Positions 10,750 to 21,603 of a stretch of DNA of 64,000 nucleotides are shown here, in pieces (the stretch's first letter is position 1; every line of letters starts with the position of its first letter). Source of the stretch: an uncultured cyanobacterium. Lineage in GTDB: Bacteria; Cyanobacteriota; Cyanobacteriia; Cyanobacteriales; CAWCAG01. The position numbers and the translations under genes were made by a program. The stretch covers positions 1,728,001 to 1,792,000 of the forward strand of contig CAWCAG010000005.1 in the NCBI GenBank assembly GCA_963793425.1, written 5' to 3'. The notes below the pieces were generated by a model. The model was given only the letters and a program-made list of their open reading frames with translations, did not search any database and had not been told where the DNA came from.

Positions 10750-10952
10750 ATTCCTGCTCCTAGAGCGAGGGCATATCTTCTCCTACAATAGTACCTTGGG
10801 AAATTATCTTCACAAGAATGATATTCCGAAAGACAGAGATGAGAAATAGCTAGGCTTTAAATCCCTTTTTAAACCAAGAAAATTGCCTATTTTCTCACTG
10901 ATCCTACAAGCATTGGCTATGAAAAAGTAATTCTGAATTCTAAAATTTTAGC

Positions 10953-10995
10953 GACTAGCAATTAGCAATTAGCAACTAGCTAATTGCTAATTGCA
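10953..10995. repeat. Heptamer tandem repeat (TAGCAAT/TAGCAAC) with an inverted partner
   Basis: actagcaattagcaattagcaactagctaattgctaattgc. Confidence 0.5.
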
Positions 10996-11053
10996 ATAAA
11001 GTTGGTGGAGAATAAGGTTATTATTCTCTAACTCCCTAGCTGGCGATCGCAAT

Positions 11054-12109
11054 TTAACCAAAACCTTTGCCACGACTGTTAGAAGGTACAGTCAAACAAT
11101 CTTCCAACTGTTTTCGCAAGCGATCAATATCTAAATTTTGCCCAATTAAGACAATTTGGTTGATGGGGTTTTCGATTTGTTCTTCATCTTCGATGGTGAA
11201 ACGCTTACCGCTCAAATGAAAAATATGACGATGGGGACTTTCTTGGAACCAAAGAATACCTTTAGCACGAAAAACATTCACAGGTATTTTGTTATCAAGA
11301 AAATGCTGGAATTTTCTCAAAGAAAAAGGTTGCTCACTTTCAAAAGAAAGAGAGGTGAAACCATCATTTTCTAAGTGATGAGAGTGGTGATCGTGGTCAT
11401 GATCATGATCGTGATGATTATGGTCATGTTTAGCTTCAGTTTCTTGGAGATAGTGGTCAGATTCAAAAAGACCAACACTAAGAATTAATGGTAAAGAAAC
11501 TTGAGATTTTTGAGTGCGGATAATTCTCGCATCGCTTTTAATATCTCTAATTTTTAACTCTAAAGAATCAACATCCCCTTCATCAACTAAATCCGTTTTG
11601 TTGAGGAGAATTACATCTCCATAAGCAATTTGGTTATAAGCGGCTTCGCTTTCAAATTGGTCTAGACTAAAGTTTTCCGCATCTACCATGGTAACTATAG
11701 AATCAAGGCGAGTCATATCTCGCAATTCTGTTCCCAAGAAACTAAGGGCAACAGGTAAAGGATCTGCTAATCCAGTAGTTTCGACCACGATATAATCTAT
11801 TTCTTCTTTACGTTCTAGAAGTTTATAGACAGCATCAACCAAATCATTGTTGATGGTACAGCAAACACAGCCGTTATTGAGTTCCACCATATCATCATCG
11901 GTACTGATAATTAGCTCGTTATCAATACCAATTTCACCAAATTCATTAACCAAAACCGCTGTTTTTACACCTTGCTGGTTAGTTAGGATGTGATTGAGTA
12001 AAGTGGTTTTACCGCTACCCAAAAAACCAGTGACGATGGTGACAGGTAAACTACGTTCTGGCTGAGCTAAGATTCCAGAAGAGCTAGTTTGAGTATCTAC
12101 AGAAGACAT
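11054..12109 (-). CDS. COG0523/CobW-family metallochaperone GTPase
   Basis: GFLGSGKT, NEFGE, GCVCC, ETTG and NKTD motifs; His-rich insert. Confidence 0.92.
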   Translation of the reverse strand: MSSVDTQTSSSGILAQPERSLPVTIVTGFLGSGKTTLLNHILTNQQGVKTAVLVNEFGEIGIDNELIISTDDDMVELNNGCVCCTINNDLVDAVYKLLERKEEIDYIVVETTGLADPLPVALSFLGTELRDMTRLDSIVTMVDAENFSLDQFESEAAYNQIAYGDVILLNKTDLVDEGDVDSLELKIRDIKSDARIIRTQKSQVSLPLILSVGLFESDHYLQETEAKHDHNHHDHDHDHDHHSHHLENDGFTSLSFESEQPFSLRKFQHFLDNKIPVNVFRAKGILWFQESPHRHIFHLSGKRFTIEDEEQIENPINQIVLIGQNLDIDRLRKQLEDCLTVPSNSRGKGFG

Positions 12110-12153
12110 AGGAAGTATTGAGTTAGTAAGATAGGGGCTTTAATGAGCAAAGA

Positions 12154-12834
12154 TTAATTTCCTGAAGGAATATAGACTGAAGGTAAACAAATGAGATTAT
12201 CTTCTTCTATAGCAATTAAACCTTGTTGTCGGAGTTTACCCATTAAGCGGGTTACGGTGACACGGGTAGAACCAATAGCACTACCTATTTGAGCATGGGT
12301 TAAAGGATAGGGCAAGCAGTGACCATGTGGTGTTGATTCGCCATACTCTTCTACCAAAAGGGTGATAAAGCCTAATAGTCGGTCAATAGTTCTCCTTTGT
12401 CCTAAAGTGCTTAACCACAAAAGTTTACGCTGATGTTGATAACGAAAGGCATCTAAAACTTCCCGGCGGAATTCTGGCCAGTTGTCTAAATCATGCCAAT
12501 ACATCCAAACTACTTTAGTTTGCTCAACATGGGCGTAAGCTTGCAAGGTGAAAGGAGAATGGGTAACAATTTCAAAGGGTTGGCTAATACCCACAAAACC
12601 CAAAAAGGCTTCTTCAAGCTTTTGGTTTTGTGGATTTTTACTATCACTGTCGTTAGCAGTTCCCACTAGACGAATAGCCCCCTTTTCTACTAAGTATAGT
12701 AGTCCTGGACGGGCGGGAATCTGCTCGTCTTTGTTGAAACTCCTGTCTCGGTAATGGGCCTGCGCCCAGGTAAAAATGTGTTGCCAGGTTGAAAAGTTAT
12801 GAGATGCCTCTGGTGGCTTAGTCGAAGAATGCAT
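12154..12834 (-). CDS. Crp/Fnr-family transcriptional regulator
   Basis: cNMP-like domain and HTH LTHAQIGSAIGSTRVTVTRL. Confidence 0.88.
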   Translation of the reverse strand: MHSSTKPPEASHNFSTWQHIFTWAQAHYRDRSFNKDEQIPARPGLLYLVEKGAIRLVGTANDSDSKNPQNQKLEEAFLGFVGISQPFEIVTHSPFTLQAYAHVEQTKVVWMYWHDLDNWPEFRREVLDAFRYQHQRKLLWLSTLGQRRTIDRLLGFITLLVEEYGESTPHGHCLPYPLTHAQIGSAIGSTRVTVTRLMGKLRQQGLIAIEEDNLICLPSVYIPSGN

Positions 12835-12877
12835 AAGTAGAAATTTAGTTGGAATAACAGCTTATCAGATATTTTCT

Positions 12878-13735
12878 ATGGAATATAAAGTAACAAAAAA
12901 TACTGCTTTGCGGTGTTTTCCGTTAAGGGTTGTATTAAAAAGTTGCCTTATGAAGCACTTGTTACAGGAAAAATTGTTATTAACTTTAGAACAATGGTTA
13001 CAATGGCACGACCCTACTGTGACCCTTAATTATCCCTTATCTAGACTCACACTGACAAAAATTTCTGGGCAGAGATTAAATGCTTGGGGTATTGTTTATC
13101 GTTGCGGAATCGCTTTTGGGTTGGCTAACAATAGCAATTTACCAGTTATAGAAGTGGCTTGCCAGTTGGCTCAAATTTTATCTCAAGAAATGGAGATATC
13201 TCCAAAGCAGCCTAGTTTAGAGTTTACTGTTCGAGTAATTAACCCAGGATGGCTTGATTTTTATTTAGAGGAGAGAGGATTAGCTCTGTGGTTGGATAAG
13301 TTACCTCAACTTTTACCTACCTTAAAATTAAACAAGGATCAAAAGCAAGTTAGTCTGTTCGCTCTTGAGTATGCCCATGGTCGCTGTCATTCTTTACTAA
13401 ACTTAGGAAATAGTCAGGGTTTGATTAAAATTAATTCTCATCAAGAATGGTTGGAACCTTTGCCGATTCCCTGGTTAGATACTAATGGTAATTTGAGGTT
13501 GCGAGATTTAGCGGAGCAAAAGTTGATTGAACAATTGATTACAACTGCCCATGCTGACTCTAATTGGGTTAAGTCAGCAACTCATTTAAGTGAGTCTATG
13601 CTTGATTTTCATCGCTACTGTCGTATCTGGGGAGAAGTGAAAGAAACGAACCTTCCCTTAGCCCAAGGAAGATTAGGCTTACTTTGGCTGGTACAACTAT
13701 TTCTCAAGTATTTACTAGACAATAAACCTTTGTAA
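12878..13735 (+). CDS. ArgRS-like protein with a DALR anticodon-binding domain and no catalytic core
   Basis: PGWLDF, YAHGRCHSL and FHRYCRI...GRLGL resemble ArgRS N-terminal and DALR domains; start uncertain. Confidence 0.7.
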   Translation: MEYKVTKNTALRCFPLRVVLKSCLMKHLLQEKLLLTLEQWLQWHDPTVTLNYPLSRLTLTKISGQRLNAWGIVYRCGIAFGLANNSNLPVIEVACQLAQILSQEMEISPKQPSLEFTVRVINPGWLDFYLEERGLALWLDKLPQLLPTLKLNKDQKQVSLFALEYAHGRCHSLLNLGNSQGLIKINSHQEWLEPLPIPWLDTNGNLRLRDLAEQKLIEQLITTAHADSNWVKSATHLSESMLDFHRYCRIWGEVKETNLPLAQGRLGLLWLVQLFLKYLLDNKPL

Positions 13736-13847
13736 AGCAGATATATAGCAATTCTCTTACTTGTAATATTAAATAGAAAAAACAACGCTACAGATAAATC
13801 ACTTTCGTATCGCTCATTTCTCGTCAATCCTTCTTCTAAATTTAATT

Positions 13848-15701
13848 TTAGGAAATGTCTTCCTTATATTTGGTTAGCAAATCTGGTAAATAATCATAAC
13901 CATCAACCCCAATTATGGGAATGATTTTAGAACGTTGTTGTGCTAACTTTTCAGTAAAAACTTCTTCCCCTAAATGCCCTTGTAAAATAGTCATCAACCC
14001 TGCTGCTTGTCGCCATTCTCGTGAGGAGATTTGTTCTAAAAGGTACATAGCAAGACAGCCTGTAAAAATAGCGTTTCCTGCATCTTGCAAACTATGATAG
14101 GCTTCTGCTAAATAAGTAAAATTGAGTCCTTGTAAATATAAATCTCCAGAAACTTGGGCAGATTGGATACCTTTTTCTAAATAACTAATTGCTGTGGCTG
14201 GTTTTTCTAAAACCACGTAAGCAATACCCAAACTATTAAAACAAAGGGCCTGACTTTGGCGATCGCCTAATTTTTCTGATTGTGCTAAACCCTGTTCCAA
14301 ATAATTAATTGCACTTTCATAAACTTCTGGTTCAAGACGTTCAGTTTCCCTAGCAGAAAATACTTCGCTGTAACCTAAATTCGCTAAAGCATTAGCTTCT
14401 CCTAAGCGATCCCCTGTTTGACGAGCCATGATTAAAGCCCGTTGGCTATAATTAATTGCTTCGCTATAACTTTGCTTAATTACATAGGTGCGACTAAGGT
14501 GGTTGAGGTTAGCAACTTCACAAGGACTATCTTTGGCTTGACGAGAAATTTCTAAAGCTTCTTCATAAAATTCAACTGCTTTGTCATAGCGTCCCATGGT
14601 TGCACTAGAATAGCCTAATAAAGTTAAAATGCGCGCCTTTTCTTGGGTTTTTTCTACTTGTTTCAAGGGCTGATCTAAATAGTTAATAGTTTCTTGGAGA
14701 TAACTACCCTGAAAAGAAGCAAACATCCCCCCATATAAAGGAAAATCTTCTCGTTGAGAAAAGGTACGCAAAATTTGTAACATCATTTGAAAAGAAGCAC
14801 GGGCGAAGGTAAAATCTCCGGCATAATCGAAACATTGAGATAATTGCGCCCAAACCCAAGCAAAGGTAAGAAATGTAGAAATAGATATTTTCTTACCAGC
14901 TTTCCCATCATAGGGTTGTTTATCAAACCAAGTAACTAAACCCCGTTGCACATATTGCAACATTAAAGCTAATTCTACCCAAGCAGCGAGATCCGCTTCC
15001 CTTAATTGAGGAGTTAATTCTTCCAAGGACTTTTGGTGGGCAAGGGTGGCAAACAACTTTTGGGGTAAGGGGCTAGCCACTTTCTGACTCCAAAAAGCCC
15101 AAGGGCCGCGCTGTTGAGGAAAATCTCCTAACCCCAACTGGCTACGATTTTGTTCATAAATCCAACCAATTAAATGCCCTTCTAAACTAGAAAAACTCTT
15201 TAAACCTCTTTCAATACCTGTGGCTATTTGCTGTAATTCTCTCGCGGTATCAGCTTCACCGCTAGATTCTCCTTCCTGTCGCAAACTATTAGCTAATTGC
15301 TTCAGTTGTTCTGGAGATAAAACTTGATTACGGTTAGGATCAACTACTACTAACAATTCCTGTAACCTTGTCTGGCTTTCTGCTGAGGCAATTTGCTTAA
15401 CTGCGGTGTTTACCCCTTCTTGGTCTTGATTTTCTCTTTGCCAGCGTTCCCATTGCCCTTGAATCGTCTGTAAAGCCCTCATAACGCGGGTAGCCTTTAG
15501 CTTCACTTCCAACTGGGCTTCTGTGGCTTCTAAACGTTCTTGTAAACAACGTTCAAAGATTTCCCCCGTACCGCTACTAACTCCTTTCACCAGCATTCTA
15601 TATACCTGCTCTTTGGAGCGGATTTTTCCTTGTAAGGTGGTATCAACAATATCATCGATTAGTTGTAAGTAGCGATCGCGTAAGGAAGTCGATTCTGGCA
15701 T
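13848..15701 (-). CDS. Tetratricopeptide repeat protein
   Basis: C-terminal TPRs (GDRLGEANALANLG, GDRQSQALCFNSLG). Confidence 0.8.
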   Translation of the reverse strand: MPESTSLRDRYLQLIDDIVDTTLQGKIRSKEQVYRMLVKGVSSGTGEIFERCLQERLEATEAQLEVKLKATRVMRALQTIQGQWERWQRENQDQEGVNTAVKQIASAESQTRLQELLVVVDPNRNQVLSPEQLKQLANSLRQEGESSGEADTARELQQIATGIERGLKSFSSLEGHLIGWIYEQNRSQLGLGDFPQQRGPWAFWSQKVASPLPQKLFATLAHQKSLEELTPQLREADLAAWVELALMLQYVQRGLVTWFDKQPYDGKAGKKISISTFLTFAWVWAQLSQCFDYAGDFTFARASFQMMLQILRTFSQREDFPLYGGMFASFQGSYLQETINYLDQPLKQVEKTQEKARILTLLGYSSATMGRYDKAVEFYEEALEISRQAKDSPCEVANLNHLSRTYVIKQSYSEAINYSQRALIMARQTGDRLGEANALANLGYSEVFSARETERLEPEVYESAINYLEQGLAQSEKLGDRQSQALCFNSLGIAYVVLEKPATAISYLEKGIQSAQVSGDLYLQGLNFTYLAEAYHSLQDAGNAIFTGCLAMYLLEQISSREWRQAAGLMTILQGHLGEEVFTEKLAQQRSKIIPIIGVDGYDYLPDLLTKYKEDIS

Positions 15702-15715
15702 ATTTATCAGTTAGG

Positions 15716-15745
15716 AAGGGAGTAGGGAGTAGGGAGTAGGGAGCA
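15716..15745. repeat. Heptamer tandem repeat AGGGAGT
   Basis: Four tandem copies. Confidence 0.7.
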
Positions 15746-15976
15746 GTTACAAACTCTGAATGGGTGAGTTCTTAGAATTGAATGTAATAATAGGTAACAT
15801 ATTTACTAATTTACTAACAACTTATGAGTCCTGCCAAGAAATCTACATCTCACCAGAGGACAGTTATTGTTTAGTAATCAACCTCAACGCTTTCCAGCAG
15901 AAGAACTATAACGAACCTTGTCAACTTTTCTCTACAAGGCAACATTCAGATATCCAACCGCTCATCACCTTAGCAT

Positions 15977-17422
15977 ATGCCTAACGAAGAACAACTGCAC
16001 GAGAACTCCGTTAATCAAACCGTTGAGCCAATTTTAAACCAGGTAAACACTATTACCACTGAGATTAAAACAAATCTCAATCTTATCGAAGAACCAGAAA
16101 AAGCCTCTGGAACAGTAACTGAAGACACCAAACTAAACTTCTGGCAGCTTTGGAATATGAGTTTCGGCTTCCTGGGCATTCAGTTTGGTTGGGGCTTGCA
16201 AATGGCAAATATGAGTGCCATCTTTGAACAACTTGGTGCAGAAGCACACCAAATCCCGATTCTTTGGATTGCTGGCCCCATCACCGGTTTAGTTGTCCAA
16301 CCTATTGTCGGGAGTATGAGTGATAATACTTGGGGGCCTTTGGGTAGGCGTAGACCTTATTTTTTATTCGGAGCAATTTTTAGTTCCCTGGCTTTAGTTT
16401 TAATGCCCCACTCCTCTACATTATGGATGGCTGCCGGACTACTTTGGTTATTAGATACCTCCGCTAATGTCAGTATGGAACCATTCCGGGCTTTTGTGGG
16501 GGACTTATTACCAGAAAAACAGCGTACCAAAGGCTTTGCTATGCAAAGTCTTTTTATCGGTTTAGGAACTGTTTCCGCCTCCTCTTTACCCTGGATTTTG
16601 AATCATATTTTTAAGATTTCTAGTCTTAGTAGTCCTGAAAAAGCGATTCCTTTAACCGTAGAGTTATCCTTTTATGCTGGGGCGGCAGTTTTTTTAGGAA
16701 GTGTTCTCTGGACAGTATTAACTACTAAAGAAAATCCCCCTGAAAATATACGTGCCTTCCAAAAAGAACAAAACAAACGCAACGGCTTTTTAGATACTTT
16801 CCAAGATATAATTTCCGCTTGGCAAGATATGCCCCCCAAGATGGCTCAACTCGCTTGGGTACAGTGCTTTACTTGGTTGGGGATGTATTGCTTTTTCCTC
16901 TATTTCCCCCCTGCTGTAGCCCGTAATATCTTCGCAGCAGCTAGCCAAGCTGATGCCCTTTATGCTGAGGGAATTGAATGGGCAGGAATTTGTATTGCTG
17001 CTTATAACTTTGTTTGTATGGGCTGTTCTTTTCTGTTACCTCGGTTAGCAAAGGTAACAGATCGTAAGGTAACTCACGGCATTTGTTTAATGTGTGGTTC
17101 GGTGGGTTTAATCTCCTTAGCTTTTATTGATAATCAATATTGGTTATTATTACCAATGGTTGGGGTTGGTATTGCTTGGTCAAGTATTTTAGCGATGCCC
17201 TATGCTATGTTAGTTGGTTGTTTGCCCCCAGAACGTAGCGGCATTTATATGGGGATTTTCAACTTTTTTATTGTTTTGCCAGAAATCTTAGTTTCTTTAG
17301 GTTTCGGTTGGGTAATGGAAAATGTCCTCCATGATAATCGCCTTATTGCAGTGGTTATTGGGGGAGGGTTTCTCTTTATTGCAGCTTTGTTAACTCAGCG
17401 AGTAGAAACTACTAATGGCTAA
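15977..17422 (+). CDS. MFS sugar (maltose/sucrose-type) transporter
   Basis: GFLGIQFGWGLQ, QPIVGSMSD...GRRRPY and EPFRAFVGD motifs; 12-helix pattern. Confidence 0.85.
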   Translation: MPNEEQLHENSVNQTVEPILNQVNTITTEIKTNLNLIEEPEKASGTVTEDTKLNFWQLWNMSFGFLGIQFGWGLQMANMSAIFEQLGAEAHQIPILWIAGPITGLVVQPIVGSMSDNTWGPLGRRRPYFLFGAIFSSLALVLMPHSSTLWMAAGLLWLLDTSANVSMEPFRAFVGDLLPEKQRTKGFAMQSLFIGLGTVSASSLPWILNHIFKISSLSSPEKAIPLTVELSFYAGAAVFLGSVLWTVLTTKENPPENIRAFQKEQNKRNGFLDTFQDIISAWQDMPPKMAQLAWVQCFTWLGMYCFFLYFPPAVARNIFAAASQADALYAEGIEWAGICIAAYNFVCMGCSFLLPRLAKVTDRKVTHGICLMCGSVGLISLAFIDNQYWLLLPMVGVGIAWSSILAMPYAMLVGCLPPERSGIYMGIFNFFIVLPEILVSLGFGWVMENVLHDNRLIAVVIGGGFLFIAALLTQRVETTNG

Positions 17423-17473
17423 GAAGAATAAGTTAGGTTCTAACTTAGGAATTAACGCGATGTGCAACTAAAT

Positions 17474-19015
17474 TTAATCACGAATAATGCCAGCAAACTG
17501 TTCCGGTAAACCAACTTCTTTGGGCTTAACAATTTCCCCATTAAAACCCATTGCTTGATTTTCTCCTACTGTTCTTGCTTTAGCTACGGCTGTCCGGAGT
17601 TTGGCATAATCTAATTCATCTTCTATTCCTGCTACCAGATAAATAATTAATTTACTAGCTAAATCCTTACCAGAAATTTGAATTCGCTTCTTTTGAGGAT
17701 CATACAAAACCCCATACCAAGGAGAGGAGGGAAATTCCATACCGCTAAATCTGCCTTGTTTGTCGTATTGACGCAGTTTGCTGAAAATAGTTTTCAGTTT
17801 TAACTTCTTTTTGGTAACTAAAATTCCTAACGCCTGTACTAAAGCAATTTGCCCTACCGGGCGAAAGAGGATGTTCGCTTCTCCTTTTCCCTGTTCATGA
17901 CTAAAACGGCGTAGTTGAGGCGTGTCTGCGCCTTTTTCTAATTTTTTATAGCTGGGTAGGGTGGCGAGGTTATCGAAAAGCTTAGCTAACTCTTGAGATC
18001 CTAACTCTAACTCTTCATCTTCAGGACGTAGGGGAATTAAACCTTTTTCTAGCGGTTGCCAGTGGGGAAATTTTGGTTTTAAGTAAGCCTCCGCCATATC
18101 TTTCAGGGCTTGGAGGGTGGTTAACACTGTGGCTTTGGCTGCAACGGTGGCACTATCCCAATTAACACGGGGATTGCGCCCTTCTTCTTCCCTAAATAGG
18201 GGATGGGTGACAGCAATGTTCCTCGCAACAATGGAAAAGCCATCATCTTCATTTAATAAAGCAAGTTGCCCTTTGCTGAGGTTAATAGACATGAGATTGA
18301 CATGGACGAAAATGGAACGCACTCTTCGTCTTGCTTCTTCCCTCGTTTCCCCTTTAACTACAGCCGGGATAAATTCAATACCAATGTTTTCCTGTGCCAG
18401 GTTTTGTAAGTAAGCAGGATCAAGGTTATATTCTTTACTTAAGTTAGCGATGGTAAGAACTGTTCCTGTAGGTTTTTTGTACTTATTATATTTGGTCAAC
18501 TGTCCGGTTTTCAGCAACTCCATCAACCCTTGAATGCCCATGAGTCTGTGTTGCCCATCAAGGGCAAAGATGGCGATGTTTGCAGAAATATCCAGAAATC
18601 CTAGCTGACCTTTTTCATCTAAAGCTGTGAAGTTAGCGGCTGAATGCAAAGCCCTTTGTTGCTGCCAAGTTTCCGCTTCAGGATCATCTACCCAAGGTGG
18701 GCTGAGAACAACCAGGAGGGCAGGAAATTTGTGATGTTTGCGTACTGCTAAATACTGTGCCAATAAAGCTTGTCGCGACCAATCCAAAGGACGCTGTTGC
18801 AATTGTTCGATGGTGGTAGCATCCCGAATTATATTGTTGGTTTTTGGGTCAAATTTGCTTTGGAATAAGGGCAGTTGTGCAGCGAAGCGAAGGCGACTAG
18901 CCACCCATTCTAAGGTGACTGTACCCAGATAAGCTTCTGTTGTACCCATCTGAGTTTTTTGGACGAAAATTTCTTCTTGTGAGGAGAGGTTGAGGAGTTT
19001 TTCGCGAAAATCCAT
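17474..19015 (-). CDS. DGQHR-domain (DndB-like, ParB-fold) protein
   Basis: QQRPLDWSR, ALDGQHRL and IFVHVN motifs; near dndCD. Confidence 0.85.
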   Translation of the reverse strand: MDFREKLLNLSSQEEIFVQKTQMGTTEAYLGTVTLEWVASRLRFAAQLPLFQSKFDPKTNNIIRDATTIEQLQQRPLDWSRQALLAQYLAVRKHHKFPALLVVLSPPWVDDPEAETWQQQRALHSAANFTALDEKGQLGFLDISANIAIFALDGQHRLMGIQGLMELLKTGQLTKYNKYKKPTGTVLTIANLSKEYNLDPAYLQNLAQENIGIEFIPAVVKGETREEARRRVRSIFVHVNLMSINLSKGQLALLNEDDGFSIVARNIAVTHPLFREEEGRNPRVNWDSATVAAKATVLTTLQALKDMAEAYLKPKFPHWQPLEKGLIPLRPEDEELELGSQELAKLFDNLATLPSYKKLEKGADTPQLRRFSHEQGKGEANILFRPVGQIALVQALGILVTKKKLKLKTIFSKLRQYDKQGRFSGMEFPSSPWYGVLYDPQKKRIQISGKDLASKLIIYLVAGIEDELDYAKLRTAVAKARTVGENQAMGFNGEIVKPKEVGLPEQFAGIIRD

Positions 19016-19116
19016 GAAGACTAGGTTTAAGAGTTGGCTTCTCCATCAAAGGACAAACTATACCCCCAAAAACAAAAACTCAATAAAAGTTTTTAAAAAC
19101 CAATGCCGGGTTTTAA

Positions 19117-21265
19117 AATGATTATTTCATCCTTGACTTCCCAGATGAGCGCCGTTCCCAAAGACCGAATCTGCTAGCGTTGTTTGCTAAGTATAAACCA
19201 GAATTAGTTGTCTCTGAAAAGGAAAAGGAGATTATCCGCAAAACATCGGATCTCAGTTTTGTCGGTAGAGAAGGGGCGATCGCAGATTTAGATAGGTTAG
19301 TTAAACAAGGTGCGAAGGTTATTTTAATTTATGCTGGGGGTGGTGTTGGCAAAACTACTTTAGCCAGAAGATATCTTCAGCAAAGGTTTAGCCATTTTAT
19401 TGAGTTTGCTATTGCCAAAGAGACTCAAAATATCACCTCAGTAGAAAGCTTGTTGGAGGAGAAGTTAAAGCAATTAGGGGAAGAACCGGGTAGAGAGTTT
19501 GGTGTATCTTTAGAGAGGTTGAAACAGAAGCTTAAACGAGAAAAAATTGGCTTATTGATTGACAACCTCGAACCTGCTTTAGATGAAAAAGGCAAGTTTG
19601 TTACACCTCATCGCTGTTATGTAGAGTTGTTGAGGATTCTAACTGCCCCTCAGTTGCAATCTATTACTCTAATTACCAGCCGCGATCGCATAAGAGAATC
19701 TGCCTTAATTCTTTTTGCTATCACTTGTCAGGTTTAGAAGTGCAGCATGGCAAGAGTTTTTTATTCGTCGTCTTAATGTTATCTCTGCTGTTGAAAAAAT
19801 TGATGTAAACACTTTGCAAGCCATACACAAATACTATGGTGGCAACGCTAAAGCTATGGAAATTCTTAGCAGTGCTATTCAACAGGATTATGACAGCGAC
19901 ATTAAGGCTTATTGGCAAGCTAATCAAAAATATTTACCTAGCGAAGGAGAGTTAGAAGATTTAGTTAACTGTCAGTTTCAGCGTTTAGCAAAGCAAAACT
20001 TAGCTGCTTATAATCTCCTGTGTCGTTTGGGATGTTATCGCTATCAAGATGTTGCTACTGTTCCTTTAGAAGGCATTTTTTCTTTGCTTTGGGATGTGCC
20101 AGAAAGGGAACAGATGAAAACAGTTAATATTTTGCGCGATCGCTCTTTGATTGAATTTTCCAAGGGTGAATATTGGCTACATCCAGTTATTCGTGCGGAG
20201 GCAGTTAGTAAATTAAAGAAGAGTGATGACTGGGAGAAAGCTAATCGTCAAGCAGCACAGTTTTGGACAGAAAGTGTTGAAACAATTAAAAATGAAGAAG
20301 ATGCTTTCCAAGCTTTTGAAGCTTATCACCATTATTTAGAAGTTAATGATATTGATGCAGCTAGTTTGGTGATTACAAATAATAGAGAAAATTCTTGGGA
20401 TGAAGACGAAACACTTGGTACATCTTTCTATAGGTTAGGTTTATTGCAAAAAATGATTTTAGCAATCAATTCATTAGTTACTAAAATAAGTTGTCAAGAT
20501 ACTCTAATGAAAATAACTAATATACTAGGAGATATATACTGGCTAATAGGAGATTTAAAGCAAGGTATAAAGTACCATCAATTATCTGGAGAAGTTGCTC
20601 ACAAAGTTAACAAGAAACGATACGAGGCCTTTTCAACATATAATCAAGGTTTATGCTACATAGATTACTTTGAATTAAATATAGCAGTAGATTGTTTTAA
20701 ACAAACCATCTTACTTACTCAAGGTGATAAAGATATTGAAAAATTTTATATGTTTGAGTGTTCGTTTTGCTTAAGTTTTTTGAAATCTAGTTTAGGTCTT
20801 CAAGAAGAAGCAAGAGCGTTACTATCTCAATATTGGCATCTTGTAGGGAAAGTAAAAGCAAGTTCTTGGAATCAAGGTTATAGTTTATTGTTTATAGGTC
20901 AAACCTATAAAAACTTAGGACAGCTCACAGAAGCATTTGAAATATATCATAGAGCGATTAAATATGCAGAAGAAAGTAACTATACTCAAGTCAAAGCTAA
21001 ATCTCTAACAGGACTTGCAGAACTTTATCGCCTTCAAAAAGAATTTACAACAGCCCTCTCTCATCATACAGAATCCATAGAAATGCTCGATAAAATCGGT
21101 GCTAAATGTGACCTTGCAGAAGCTTACTTTCAATTAGCTTTAACCTATCAAGATATGGAAGAAATAGCCAAAAGCAGAGAAAACTTTGAGCAAGCTATTC
21201 AATTATTCAAGAATATACCAGCACCTAAACAAATAGAAAGAGTGCAACAAGCGATAAAACGATAG
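19117..21265 (+). pseudogene. STAND/NB-ARC-like NTPase-TPR gene, disrupted at its 5' end and frameshifted near 19710-19745
   Basis: FVGRE, Walker A GGGVGKTT, LLIDNLE, ITSR, LHPVIR and C-terminal TPRs are split over ORFs 19180-19737 and 19715-21265. Confidence 0.8.
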
Positions 21266-21364
21266 TAGCATAAAAACCAAGTTTTCCTGAAGCTAATTTG
21301 AAATAGTTCAATGTTTGCTACAAATACTTCTGCGTAAGAGATTTTGATTCCATCTTGGGTTTTT

Positions 21365-21431
21365 GTTGGGTTACGGCAACTCAAAGATTATGATAGTTTC
21401 TCTCAATGATTTTAAGCCTAACCCAACCTAC
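21365..21431. repeat. Half of a GTAG-type REP-like element
   Basis: GTTGGGTTA...TAACCCAACCTAC; same family as 36457-36532. Confidence 0.55.
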
Positions 21432-21464
21432 GTTAATAAAGCTTTGGGAAATTGATTTTTAAGA

Positions 21465-21507
21465 GCGCACCTTTTCCACCATATACATAATATCATGTCA
21501 AGGAAGA
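21465..21507 (+). repeat. Dispersed 43-bp repeat, copy 1
   Basis: GCGCACCTTTTCCACCATATACATAATATCATGTCAAGGAAGA, identical to 53945-53987; near-identical inverted copy at about 49757-49800. Confidence 0.85.
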
Positions 21508-21603
21508 AAAATACAACACTACTTTTGAATGTTCCAAATAGAGCTAAAAAAGTTCAATAATCTCTTATGCTCAAATATATGGTAATAGTTTTGAAGGGAG
21601 ACA

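Noticed and set aside
15760..15984. ORFs 15760-15984 and 61542-61775
   Set aside because: No recognisable motifs; they lie in probable promoter regions.
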